A stretch of 64,000 nt of DNA. It comes from Eledone cirrhosa (lineage: Eukaryota). Shown one piece after another: positions 36,061 through 47,292 of this stretch; positions within the stretch are counted from its first letter, which is position 1; the number at the start of each line of letters is the position of its first letter. The notes under the pieces are model-generated. The model was given only the letters and a program-made list of their open reading frames with translations, was not told where the DNA came from and made no database searches. The stretch covers positions 406,224,001 to 406,288,000 of the forward strand of contig OZ024740.1 of the NCBI GenBank assembly GCA_964016885.1, read 5' to 3'. Made by a program: the position numbers and the translations under genes.

Positions 36061-38510
36061 GGTTTAGCGTCCGTGTTCCACGCTTGCATGGGTTTGGACG
36101 GGGGTTTTCCCACTTGAGGCAAGAGTGGTTGTCTTGCTCGCATAGGACTGTCTGGCGGGTTTTCTACAGTTGGATGCCCTTCCTAACACCAACCACATTT
36201 ACAGTGTGGGGCTGGGAGGTTTTTACCGTGTTGCCTACACGGCCACATTACAGCGTGGACTGTCTGGCAGGTTTTCTACAGCTGGCTGCCCTTCCTAACA
36301 CCAACCACATTTACAGTGTGGGGCTGGGAGGTTTTTACCGTGTTGCCTACACGGCCACATTTACAGCGTGGACTGTGTGTTTTTTGTCGTGACACCTACA
36401 CGATCTCATTTGTTTCGGCCTGGATGTTGTGGGACCAACATAACTGTACATTGAAAGGGGCGGTGTGGATGGGGTGGGGGTGGTGGGACGGGGGGGTGTT
36501 TTGATAGAGATGCCTACTGACTGTAGTAGGTTTTTACTTTGTATTTAGGTAAGGCGGGTCTTCTCTATTACTGAGTACCGCCAAAGGTCTCGGTCCAGTG
36601 ACATTGTCTTGGAGAGGTGTAAGCGTGTGAGGTCGGAATTTATCAGCTCGTCCCATGTTTTTCTGGGTCTGCCTACTCCGTGGCTACCGTCTATCTTTAT
36701 TGCCCTGCACTTTGTTATACAGCTGTCGTCTTTCATGCGCATCACGTGACCGTACCAACGTAGCCTTCTCTCGAGTAAACAACATCTGATCCCTCTTATT
36801 TCTAATTTTTTCCTTAGTTCGTTTATGCTTTGCCGTTCACGTATATTACTATTGCACATCCAGCGGAGCATGCAAGCTTCGTTCCTCTCTAGTCTGCGTA
36901 TATCCTCTGCACACAATGCCCAGGTCTCACTGCCATGCAGCATTGCTGTTCGTATGCAGGCATCGTATAACCTGCCTTTCATTTTTAGGGAGAACCCTCT
37001 AGCGGCTAATAGTGGTATAAGCTCTCTGAACTTTTTCCATCCAGTTCTGACTCTAGCTACTGTACTTTCAGAGCACCCTCCCCCACTGCTGATTTTATCG
37101 CCCAGGTAACGGAAGCTGTCCACTATTTCTATAGAACCCTCTGCGCAGTTGAAAGAGCTAGTATTTTGTGGGCACTTGCTGCTACTTATTGCACCAGAGC
37201 ACCGGCCACATGTAAAATCTATGTTCTTAGTTAGCTTACCTGTGATCCCACTACATCTTTTATGCACCCATACTTTGCATTTGGGACATAAAATGGAGTT
37301 TCTACCTACGCCTTTCCTACACACTGAGCATGGCCATTTCCCAGATGGGACTGCCGCCATATTTTCTTTCCTACAAACTAGAACTTTAGTCTTAGCCAGG
37401 TTAATTTTAAGGCCTTTTGATTCTAGGCCGTGCTTCCATGTTTGGAATTTCTTCTCTAGTTCGGTCATTGATTCAGCTATGAGCGTTAGATCATCTGCGT
37501 ATAGGAGTTCCCATGGGCAGCCGGTCTTGAACTCCTCTGTTATAGCCTGAAGGGCAATAATAAATAGTAGGGGGCTAAGAACAGAGCCCTGATGGACACC
37601 AACTTTTACGCTAAACTCTTCACTATATTCGTTGTTAATTCTAACCTTACTGACTGTTTCTTTATACATGGCTTGTATAGCTCTCACAAGCCATTCGTCA
37701 ACACCTAGTTTTCTAAGAGACCACCAGATAATGGAACGGGGGACTCTGTCGAAGGCTTTCTCCAAGTCGACGAAAGCTAAGTATAGGGGTTTACTTTTAG
37801 CTAGGTACTTCTCCTGTAGTTGTTGTACAATGAAAAGAGCGTCTGTGGTACTTTTGCCTGACACAAATCCGAACTGCATTTCATCTAGATCAATTCTCTC
37901 TCTAATTAGTTGCGCTATTACTTTTTCCGTGACCTTCATGACCTGGTCGATTAATTTAATGCCTCTATAGTTACTCCTATCTAGGGCATCTCCTTTTCCC
38001 TTATAGCAGTTAACGATGATGCTGCTACGCCAGTCCTTCGGAACAACCCCATTCTGTACGACTTGGTTAACTATCCGGGTGACCATGGTGTGTCCCACCG
38101 AACCAGATGCCTTCAGCATCTCAGCAACTATTTCCGAAGGACCAGCCGCCTTACCCGTCTTCATATCTTTGATTGCCTTGCTTATTGTACTACCCTGGAC
38201 TAACACTGCTGGTCCCTCTATTGGGTCGATGTGGGGGAGACTGTCTTTCTCCCATTTGTTCTCCTCATTTAGAAGCCTTTCGTAGTGACACTTCCAAGCT
38301 ACCTTCTTATCAGCGTCGGTGATGGCAAGTATGCCATCATCGTTAAGCACACACTTCTCCCCGACAATATCACGGTTTTCCTTGACACATTGCCTGGCAA
38401 TCCTGAACACCTCACGTTTTTGGTCCTCACGTTGTAGAACATGCTTGAACTTTCTTTCCTCTGCTTCCCTTCTTGCGAAGTACACTTGTCTCCTAGCTTC
38501 CCTCCTGGCC
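36022..38510 (-). mobile_element. RTE LINE subfamily B, 5'-truncated, young
   Basis: Long (GAT)n tail at 36022-36060, 3'UTR with a 112-bp internal duplication, uninterrupted RT ORF. Endonuclease domain missing. Confidence 0.97.
36545..38510 (-). CDS. RTE reverse transcriptase ORF (5'-truncated, no native start, contains a PHD-type Cys/His insert)
   Basis: About 655 codons without a stop; NYRGIKL, FVDLEKAFD, GVHQGSVLSP, YADD, FRYLG, LRWYGHVMR, GRPRKTW. Confidence 0.85.
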
Positions 38511-38809
38511 AATAATAATAATAATAATAAATAACTTCCCCTATGTACATATATGTGCACACATATATACATGTGTGTCTGTGTGTAGCTTTTACTGATC
38601 AATACTGATTAAGCAGGCCTACTATTGAAAATGCTATTGGCAGTTATCATCAAATGTTCTAAGAGTGTCTAACGTTTCCTTCATTTAATTCTAAGATGGT
38701 AGCATATGATTTTAGGGTGATTTACTTTCTATTTAATGCAGGACAAGCAACTGCATAAAATATTCTTTCACTGCTTCATACATACGTATGTACATATGTG
38801 TGTATAAGG

Positions 38810-39252
38810 AGCTCTTAAGAGTCAATGGCCATCCAAAATCACCGGGAGAGATGACCCCTTAGCCTTTGTCAAGGCAGAATTCTAGGAGAAGGAAAACTCT
38901 GATATAACACCTGCAGCCTTGATGGTATCCAATGATGTTGACTTGTTCTTCTTTTTGGTAAATATCATCTTGGTTAAGAGAGTGGGACTGGCTTTGTGCA
39001 GTGCCTTTGCTCACTATAAAAGCTTCACAGCACAGGCATTGCTTTATATCTGGAGATCTCTCTGCACTTGTTGTCACATGGTACCATGGGCCCAGCACTA
39101 TGTGTCAATAATTGTCACAAGTGTAGTGTTTGTACCAGAGTTTTCAAGTCGCTGGCTGGACTAAAAAGTCCCACTCGTTCAGCGCATCGGTAGGGGTTCT
39201 CCTACATGGATATAAAGTAGTGGCCGTACTCGAAAACGAGTTGGCAGCCACC
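38810..39252 (+). mobile_element. non-autonomous RTE/BovB-type derivative (5'UTR fused to 3' end)
   Basis: Recalled RTE 5'UTR motif CTAGGAGAAGGAAAACTCTGA; C2H2-like end KCSVCTRVFKSLAGLKSPTRSAHR* (39119-39193); hairpin ACTCG-AAAA-CGAGT; microsatellite tail. Confidence 0.65.
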
Positions 39253-39410
39253 ATATATGTATATACATATGTATGTAATTGTGAATGTATGGCTGTATGT
39301 ATTTACGTATGTTCTAGTTTTATTTTAAAATGTTTCATCAAAGAGAGAGGAGTCATTTTCTAACAGATACAAGACTCTTTTAATGAAATTTAGACATCAA
39401 CTAGGTAATA

Positions 39411-39411
<1 letters not shown>

Positions 39412-39487
<76 letters not shown>
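39412..39487. repeat. (GT)n(GC)n microsatellite
   Basis: Directly visible. Confidence 0.95.
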
Positions 39488-40324
39488 CTATTGCATGTGT
39501 TGATCTGTGTGTCTTGAGTTGTATGTGCACATGTACATGTATCTATATGTGTGTATATATGGAGTTATTATTAAATGCTGAAATGTTTTCCATATTTCTA
39601 CAATTCCATTCATGTATTGCACGTGTAATTTCCTAATTAGCCATGCTCTTTTTAGTTCTGTGAAACCCAGCTTCTCAAGATTTGTGCTGTGGCAATTGGT
39701 AATATATCCAAGTGCCTCAATGATTACAGGTACAAATCTAAAAGTATAGTCTCAGTGCAGTATCGGCAAATTCCTCAGTTTGTATGCATGAGTGAGTGAG
39801 TATGTGTATGTATGCATGTTTGTATATAAGCATGTATGTATGCATATAGTATATATGCATGTATGTATATGTCTTTTATAAGATACTTGTCAGTCAACAT
39901 AAAATTATAACAGATTGATGAACAGATCACACTACCCCACAAAATATTTGACTAATAAAAATGATGATGTATCATCCCAGTCAAACACTTCAGAAGATAT
40001 TTTCAGCTATGTACTACACATTGATTGCATATAAGTATAAAACACATTGTTTGCTTCAACCTTTTACACTGGGTATGGACCACTGCTCAGCACCAGGTCG
40101 ATCTTACATCCATTGAACAAGAGATGAAACTATGAACAAGCCAAGAGCCTCAATGTGGTTGTCTCATAACTTGCTAAAACTGGTAGCACAATGCCCTTAA
40201 ACGCACACCCTACAACAGATGTTTCCAGACTGTATCACTAAAAATCTCTAGGTGTCACTGATCAATTTTCACATTTATTCAGCTGTGTAGCATAGAATTA
40301 CACATGTGACAGGTGACACATGAT

Positions 40325-40976
40325 TTAATATTTTGATACTAAACTGCCCCAAACCACTTCTGGTTCTGTGGAACAAAACCACCCATTTTAAAGGGTTCAT
40401 ACTTAAATTGAAATCTTCCAACATAATTTGATATAAGAACCTTCTGTTAAGTTATGTTACAAATACTTTCATAATATTAAAATAATTCTTAATTTGTTTG
40501 GTCATGTAACTCCTGATGGAGTCGTAGATGTAGTGGCTTACAGCATTTATAGACCTTTTTAAACTTGGCAAAGCCCATTGCTCTCCAGGTCTGAACACAG
40601 ATTTTTTTCCAGAGAAGGATAGAAAGTAAGAAAGAGATATAGAAGAATAATTGACCCCAGCGCTAGACTGCTACTTTTTAACAATCTCGGAAGGATTTGA
40701 ACTCATAGAACAGAGAGCCAGAATAAATACCACAAAGCATTCTATCTGATGTTCTGCCAATTCATCACCTATAATTCTTCATTAATTAATTCAAATACTT
40801 TGTGGTCTGAGTTCAAATCCCGCCAAGGTTAACTTTGCCTTTCATCCTTACGGGGTCGGTAAAATAAAGTACCAGTAATACACTGGGATAATTGCTGGTC
40901 TTGTGCCAAAAGTAGAAACAATTAATTAATTCAAATACAGTGTATTTCATTAGAAACACAGTAATGAAAAGGTTAA
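40325..40976. mobile_element. MITE family P2 with two nested family A SINEs (40585-40770 minus, 40799-40920 plus)
   Basis: P2 left end at 40325 and right end GAAAAGG-TTAA at 40976. The plus-strand SINE has an 18-bp TSD ATTAATTAATTCAAATAC at 40781-40798 and 40921-40938. Confidence 0.8.
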
Positions 40977-41388
40977 TTATGTATATTTTATTCCGGAGCC
41001 ACCACTACTACTTTACAGAGTGGGCTGGATGAATTTCATCATGACAGCCACACAACCACTTTACAGAGTGGGCTGGGTTGATTTTTATTGTTGCACCAGC
41101 ACTAGGGAGTGGAGGAGTTGAGAATAGTGGAGTAGGTTATCATAAACACATTATATGCATGCGTGTGTATGTGTGTGTAGGAGGGAGGGGGTTTACTTCG
41201 GTTATATCCTTGTCTTCGTCATCACCAGCTTGTTACATTAACCCCATGCTGACAATGAGTTAAAAGGGTTGTTAGTGTCTGCCATCAAATATAAGTACCA
41301 TGTTTGTGTACATGTGTCTGTAAATTATTTCATTTTAGAGTTCTTCACACAAAACAAAGATATTTAAGACTTAGTATTTCATTATTAA

Positions 41389-41643
41389 TTAACCCTTTAG
41401 ATAGTAAACCACTTAAAACAGCCCCTAATTTTACAATACACAAATGCCTATTTCAAACTGTTTATATTCATCAAAAAACATTCCATCATAATTTTCTGAA
41501 AAGACTTTCATTATGTTATGTTCCAAGCACCAACTTAATAAGTTTGTTTTATTACAAAAGCCATTCAAATTCTTCATTATTTTCAAAATTATTTGAAAAT
41601 CATAGATTGTGTCAGTTCATTAGAAATATGTCTATAAAAGGGA
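41389..41643. mobile_element. MITE family P2, degenerate
   Basis: TTAACCCTTTAGATAG...TTATGTTCCAAGCACC...CATTAGAAATATG...AAAAGGG. Confidence 0.7.
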
Positions 41644-41767
41644 CTACCCCAATGTTTTTTTTTACCTCATTTCTCTCTCTCTGCGTGTGTGTATGTGTTT
41701 TGTACTGTCCTAAATGTCTTTGGACCTTCACAACCATTAAAGAAACAATAATAACCATTATTATTTG

Positions 41768-42258
41768 AGTTAACTTTGCCTTTTATCCTTACGGAGTCGA
41801 TAAAATGAAGTACCAGTAATGCACTGGGTAATTGCTGGCCTTGTGCCAAAAGTAGAAACAATTATTATTATAATTATTTCCACATGCATTCGACAAATGA
41901 TTTGTGGTATTGTTCCAGCTCTTTACGTTCTGAGTTCAAATCCTACTAAGGCCAAAATTTGCCTTTCACACTTCTGGGGTCAATAAAATAAAGTACTAGT
42001 CAAATACTGGAGATGATTTAAATTGACTTTCCCTTTCCCCCAAATTGCTGGCCATGTTCCTAAAATTAGAAACCATTATTGTTGGCAGTATCGGTAGAGA
42101 GTCGGACGCCATGCTTTCCAGCATAGATACGTCTCTTTACGGTCTGAGTTCAAATCCCGCCGAGGTTAACTTTGCCTTTCATCCTTATGGGGTCGATAAA
42201 ATAAAGTACCAGTAATGTACTGGGTTTGCTGGCCTTGTGCCAAAAGTAGAAACAATTA
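41768..42258 (+). mobile_element. cluster of three head-to-tail family A SINEs
   Basis: Three cores (about 41770, 41955, 42165), each ending in TAGAAAC(A/C)ATTATT; the last is flanked by ATTATTGTT repeats. Confidence 0.85.
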
Positions 42259-43047
42259 TTGTTATTATTACCATTATGATTATCCAAAGGAAAGAGAAGG
42301 AATGAATGGCAGAGAAAAACAAACAAAAATCGGTGACATTATCTAATGTGCTTTAAGATTGCCTCCCACCCAATATCTATTATCCAGCTCCCTCCTCCCA
42401 GTGCATAAAACACAGTAAACTTTTCTCTTATAGCCTTTCTATAGCCCACCTTATACCACCAGCCCACCCAACCTCACAAAACACCACTCTTTATTAGAAG
42501 TGGCAGGGTAAAGCTACTACTTTAGATGCTTATCCTATTACCATACAAGTCAGCCATTACTAGTACAATTGACTGATAATGCTGGGTCAGATCTATTACC
42601 AAGTTTAACAACAACAACAACTACTACTACTACTATTACAAAACAAATTCCATCACATAAGTATATACACACTGAGGCAAGATAAATATAAAAGAGAAAG
42701 ACAGAAAATAAAATAAATATAACAACAAAAAAACATTAAAGACCATGTTTTAGTTCATAGAGAGGTGTGGTTGTGGTAATGGGGGAGTATAATAACCCCA
42801 CCCCATCCCATCTCACTCCATACGTATACTAGCTGCTGTTCACTAAATCTCAGGATCTGGGATATTTTCAGATGCTACTTTGATATGAAAAATATACTAG
42901 TTAAATGAGAGAGAGAGAGTGTATGGCTAATTATAAATAGAGGATACATCAGTAATGAGATCCCAGATGTTTGGCTCATTGTAATGGCAGTAACAGTGGG
43001 TGGGTGAGTGGGAGATTACTTAACAAAGTAGTGGCTTAAAAGGCAAT

Positions 43048-43112
43048 TGTGTGTGTGTGTGTGTGCGTGTGCGTGTGCGCGTGTGCGTGCGCGCGCGCGC
43101 ACACACATGTAT
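43048..43112. repeat. alternating purine-pyrimidine tract (GT/GC/AC)
   Basis: Directly visible; includes a (GC)n run. Confidence 0.9.
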
Positions 43113-45741
43113 GTGTATGCATACATATATATGTTTAGGAGATAATTCTTTTGCTTATTTGTTTTGTGAGTGGGGGCTGAAACGAAGGCTCTCCCTTAAT
43201 CACCAAAACCATTATTATTATTATTATTATGATTATCATATTTTTTTTCTTTTGCGTTTTATTCTAATTGCTTAGAAGAGAAACAATGACTAATTACTGT
43301 ATCAAGTTGTTGCTTACACTAACATACAAAATATGGTCTTTAAACTATGGTCATGCTGGAGCATCACCTTCAAAAAAGTACATTGTTCATTGGTACATTT
43401 TTTTTATCAACTTCAGAAGGATGGAGTCTGAAGTCGACTTGAGAATGTAAAGCAAGTAAGAGATATATGTAAAGAATTAGACCCAGTATTAGAGTGGTAC
43501 CTTATCAACCTTAAAGGATGAAAGCCAAAATTGACCTTGATGGGATTTGAACTCTGGACACTGAGAGCAACAAATACAATAAAGTATTTTATCTGATATT
43601 CTAACAATCTTTGCCACCCTATGTTAAGAATAACATACACATTTTTTTTTTTTGTCTACAAAAAGACATAAAAGAAAGACTGCATATATGTTGTATTTAA
43701 ACATGCACTTATATTCACATTTTCACTAAAATTAAAAAGAAGAAATATTGATAATACTTTTCATATAAATACTTTTACTATAAATTCAACAACTTTCAGT
43801 CCAATTTCTTACTACAAATTAGATATAGATAGGATGCACATTAAGATTTGATGTAATATTCATATGGTAGCTGATCAGACATTTTATAAGTTAGCCAACA
43901 TTCATGGAATGAAATTTTATGCCTGTTTAATACCATTGCACCCTTTTGTCATTGATGTGTATGTTGTATGTGGGCGCATGCAAGCATGCTTCTCAGTAAC
44001 CCAGGCATCATTCTCTGCATTCATTTACTAAAGGGTAAGGTGTAATAAGATTTAGTTAAAACCCATTAGGGACAACACTGAAGGCAGGTCAAATTGCATC
44101 ACTTTGAAACGATTACAAATAGTTGATGTGTTCTGAAATAAGAGCACTACTTTACAGCATAGAGAGATGGATAGCTGTTTACAATTATCCTTATTTCTTC
44201 AGTTAAAAAAAAATGAAAAATAGGAATGATGATTAAATAAACATATCTTTGCCAAGAGCATTAGCTACAACTAGGACCTGAAAAAATGTTGCAGACTTGG
44301 CCTGTAAGGAGCACATCTACTCTATGCCACACAACAGATATATGCACAGGTTATTTAACCCTTTTAATACCAAACTGCCTGAAACCACCCTTGGTTCGAT
44401 GATACTAATTGTATAATTTAAAAAAGTTTATACCTACCAAAAAACCTTCCATTATAATTAGTTAAAGCCTCCTACGATCTGAGTTCAAATCCTACTGAAG
44501 TCAACTTTGCCTTTTATCCTTTCAGGCTCGATAAATAAAGTGTCAGTCAAGTAGTGGGGGCGATTTAATCAACTTCCTTCACTCCAAATTGCAAGCATTA
44601 TGCCTAAATTAGAAACCATATCTAATTTCCATAGTTCTTTATGCACAATGCATACACTGTACTGCAGAATGTACTTATAAAAATTTATTCTGTAAAGCAG
44701 TGAAAGATAAATTGTCTGAAAACAATGTTTACAATAAAACAATTATGGTATGCAGCTGATAATAGAGATAAAACTAAAAGACATAGTCAAGGTTAATAAA
44801 CTAACAAGACAGAAGATAGTTAACACTTCAAAAGCAACACAAACTAATAAAAAAATATTGTAATCATATAGATGATGTAGGAATTGAGATCGTTAAGCAA
44901 CTGTTAAACCTTTGATAAAGATAACACAGTAAAAATATAAAGTATATGTTGAATGATACACAATTCACATATGTTTAGGATCTAAAAAAATTAGGGGTTT
45001 CAGATATAATTATTTGTATTGCTTTAAAACAGCCTGAAGAATCTGAATGTTGAAGTCAAGTCATTTGACTCTTAATAAGTGCCTCTAAATGGCCAGAATG
45101 TGTGACTTAAATATAATTGATTATTTAAACTAAAAAGAAATATATTAAAAAGTTCTCAATAAAAGAAAAATGAATTTGTGTTTGAAGATCTAATTAAAAT
45201 ATTTTTACTTTTATAATTAATTCTCTGGTCAAATGATTACTTCAGATTTATCAAGTAGGTTATGCTGTCTCATTAAATTTTCCTTTCCCAAACCTGATAA
45301 ATCCTAGGTGAACAAATTAGAATCCACTATCTCACAATTTCTAAACTATATTTTACTGTAGTGTCACTAACCATGCTAAACTGCTCAATAAACATGTCTC
45401 CCAAACTCCAATGAACATAACCTTGATTACTTAGTGAATATATAATGTATATATTATTTTTTCCACAAGATATACTTTACAAATATTTTATTATTAAAGG
45501 GACAAATTAAGTGTTAAATAATTGAAGTAAGAATCTATCATGATAACAAGAATGAAAATAAATCCATAAAAACATCAATAAAATACACTAATTTAATAAA
45601 CAGATATGGGACAATAATGTGCAACTTTTTCAGCATTTCACTCCACACTCGAAAAATTAGTTTAGGCAATTTGCATAAAGAATATAAGCAAAACATTTTA
45701 AGAACAACTGAAAATGAAATATTATATATATATATATATAT

Positions 45742-45950
45742 ATTTCAATCACATATCTTTTTATTTGTTTCACCCGAATTACTTGGTCGTTTCTATGGCT
45801 GTGCGGATGACGGTTTAACCATCGTCTCAGTGTGTTTGGCCTTTAACGTATGTTGTAGCTCTGGTTCGTCAGAATTATTGAGCGCTTGCCACACATCTCG
45901 GAAGTTATTTTTCGTTAATTCCAAAGCCGAAATACGATTCTCGCTAATTT
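45742..45950 (-). mobile_element. CpG-rich insert in (TA)n, possibly a Penelope-like 3' fragment
   Basis: Bounded on both sides by (TA)n; minus strand has CTGACGA...GAAACGACC followed by AATAAA. Confidence 0.4.
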
Positions 45951-46224
45951 ATATATATATATATATATAAGATAACAGCATTAAAATCAATCTAATCAGC
46001 TAAAGATTGACATTTTTTTTTTTAACAGTGGTAAATGGACAAACATTTCATTATTGAAAACTGAAATGGTTTTGAGTTAAGTACTTATTCCCATCTGGTG
46101 CTTTTTCATAAGGCCCTGAAACAATTAATTGCTTTTTCAAGCCCTTATATATAGTTCAAGGAGACAATAAACAGAGTACAAAACAATTTATTAGTTTCAT
46201 GCTTTATATGGAAAAGGAGAAAGA

Positions 46225-46258
46225 AATTTCAACGTGCTGGGCTTTAGCCCTTCTTCAG

Positions 46259-46263
<5 letters not shown>
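46225..46263 (-). ncRNA. decayed minimal hammerhead motif next to (TA)n
   Basis: CTGAAGA-A-GGGC-TAAA-GCCC-AGCA-CGTT; stem II intact but the GAAA core is mutated. Confidence 0.4.
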
Positions 46264-46289
<26 letters not shown>

Positions 46290-46632
46290 TTCAGCTTGAT
46301 CACAGTAGTTTGCGTGTTCACGAAGTGATAAAGAGAATTTTAAGTTGAAGAAAAATTCCAAAACCACACAGGACAATATGAAAGTAAGATTGAAGAGACC
46401 AATTATTCTACTACTCATATGCTAAGTAGGCAGAACCAAAATTTGAACAACAGATATTTTCTTCAAATGTAAATGATAAACAAATGAGTTAACAGCTAAT
46501 GTTGCCAGACTAATTGTGCCTATGAAACTAAGTCATGCTGATAAAAGAATATACATACATACATACACACTCACATATATATATACACACACATACACAT
46601 ATGTATATTTATACACATATCTATATACACAC

Positions 46633-46972
46633 ACATCATCATTTTACATCCGCTTTTCCCTGCTTGCAAGGGTGGGACGAGAACTGATTCTGGCTTGATT
46701 TCTACAGCTGGATGCCCTTCCTAACACCAACCTCATTTACAGTGAGTGCTGGGTGCTTTTTTGCCGTGGCACCTCCACGACCACTTTACAGTGGAATGAT
46801 AGGGACCCCAGTCCCTATCATCTCATTTTTACATTTCTACAGCTGAGTAAACTGGAGCAATGTGAAATAAAGTGTCTTGTTCAAGGAAACAACACATCAC
46901 CCGGTCTGAGAATTGAACTCACAACTTTTCGATTGCAAGGCCAATGCTTTAACCACTCAGCCATGTGCCTCC
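46633..46972 (-). mobile_element. family B SINE head and core (46825-46972) adjoining deleted RTE subfamily A 3'UTR pieces (46633-46793)
   Basis: GGAGGCACATGGCTGAGTGGTTAAAGC A-box and GAGTTCAATTC B-box; GGATGCCCTTCCTAACACCAACCTCATTTACAGTGAGTGCTGGG is identical to the RTE-A 3'UTR. Confidence 0.75.
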
Positions 46973-46997
46973 TATACACACACACACACACCTATCT

Positions 46998-47285
46998 GCG
47001 AGAATGGCCCGAGTGAATGGGCCTTCTCTCTATATCAGCCTGTAGATTGAGGAAAAGGAGGAGGAGAGGAAAGGAGTACAAGCTCTTCGTACTCCTGGAG
47101 ATGAGGGTTGCACATTTTTTTCGGGGGTATGTGTTACCCATATAAACTGTCTCCCTCTATTGGGGAAAATCGACTAACTTTTAAATTCCATCTGTGATAA
47201 CATTTTACATGTTTTTATTGTATGTAAACTTCCCCCTTTGTATTTGTCCCCTTCTTTTGTGCCCCTGTGGCTAATAAAGAAATAT
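46998..47285 (+). mobile_element. probable L1/Tx1-clade LINE 3' end
   Basis: ARMARVNGPSLYISL* then about 230 nt of 3'UTR and AATAAA at 47273; sits beside (CA)n with CTATCT on both sides. Clade call is from memory. Confidence 0.5.
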
Positions 47286-47292
47286 ATCTATC

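Noticed and set aside
38511-38602. N-terminus of the 685-aa ORF as a real start or signal peptide
   Set aside because: The poly-Leu comes from an (AAT)n microsatellite in flanking DNA; RTE homology stops at about 38510.
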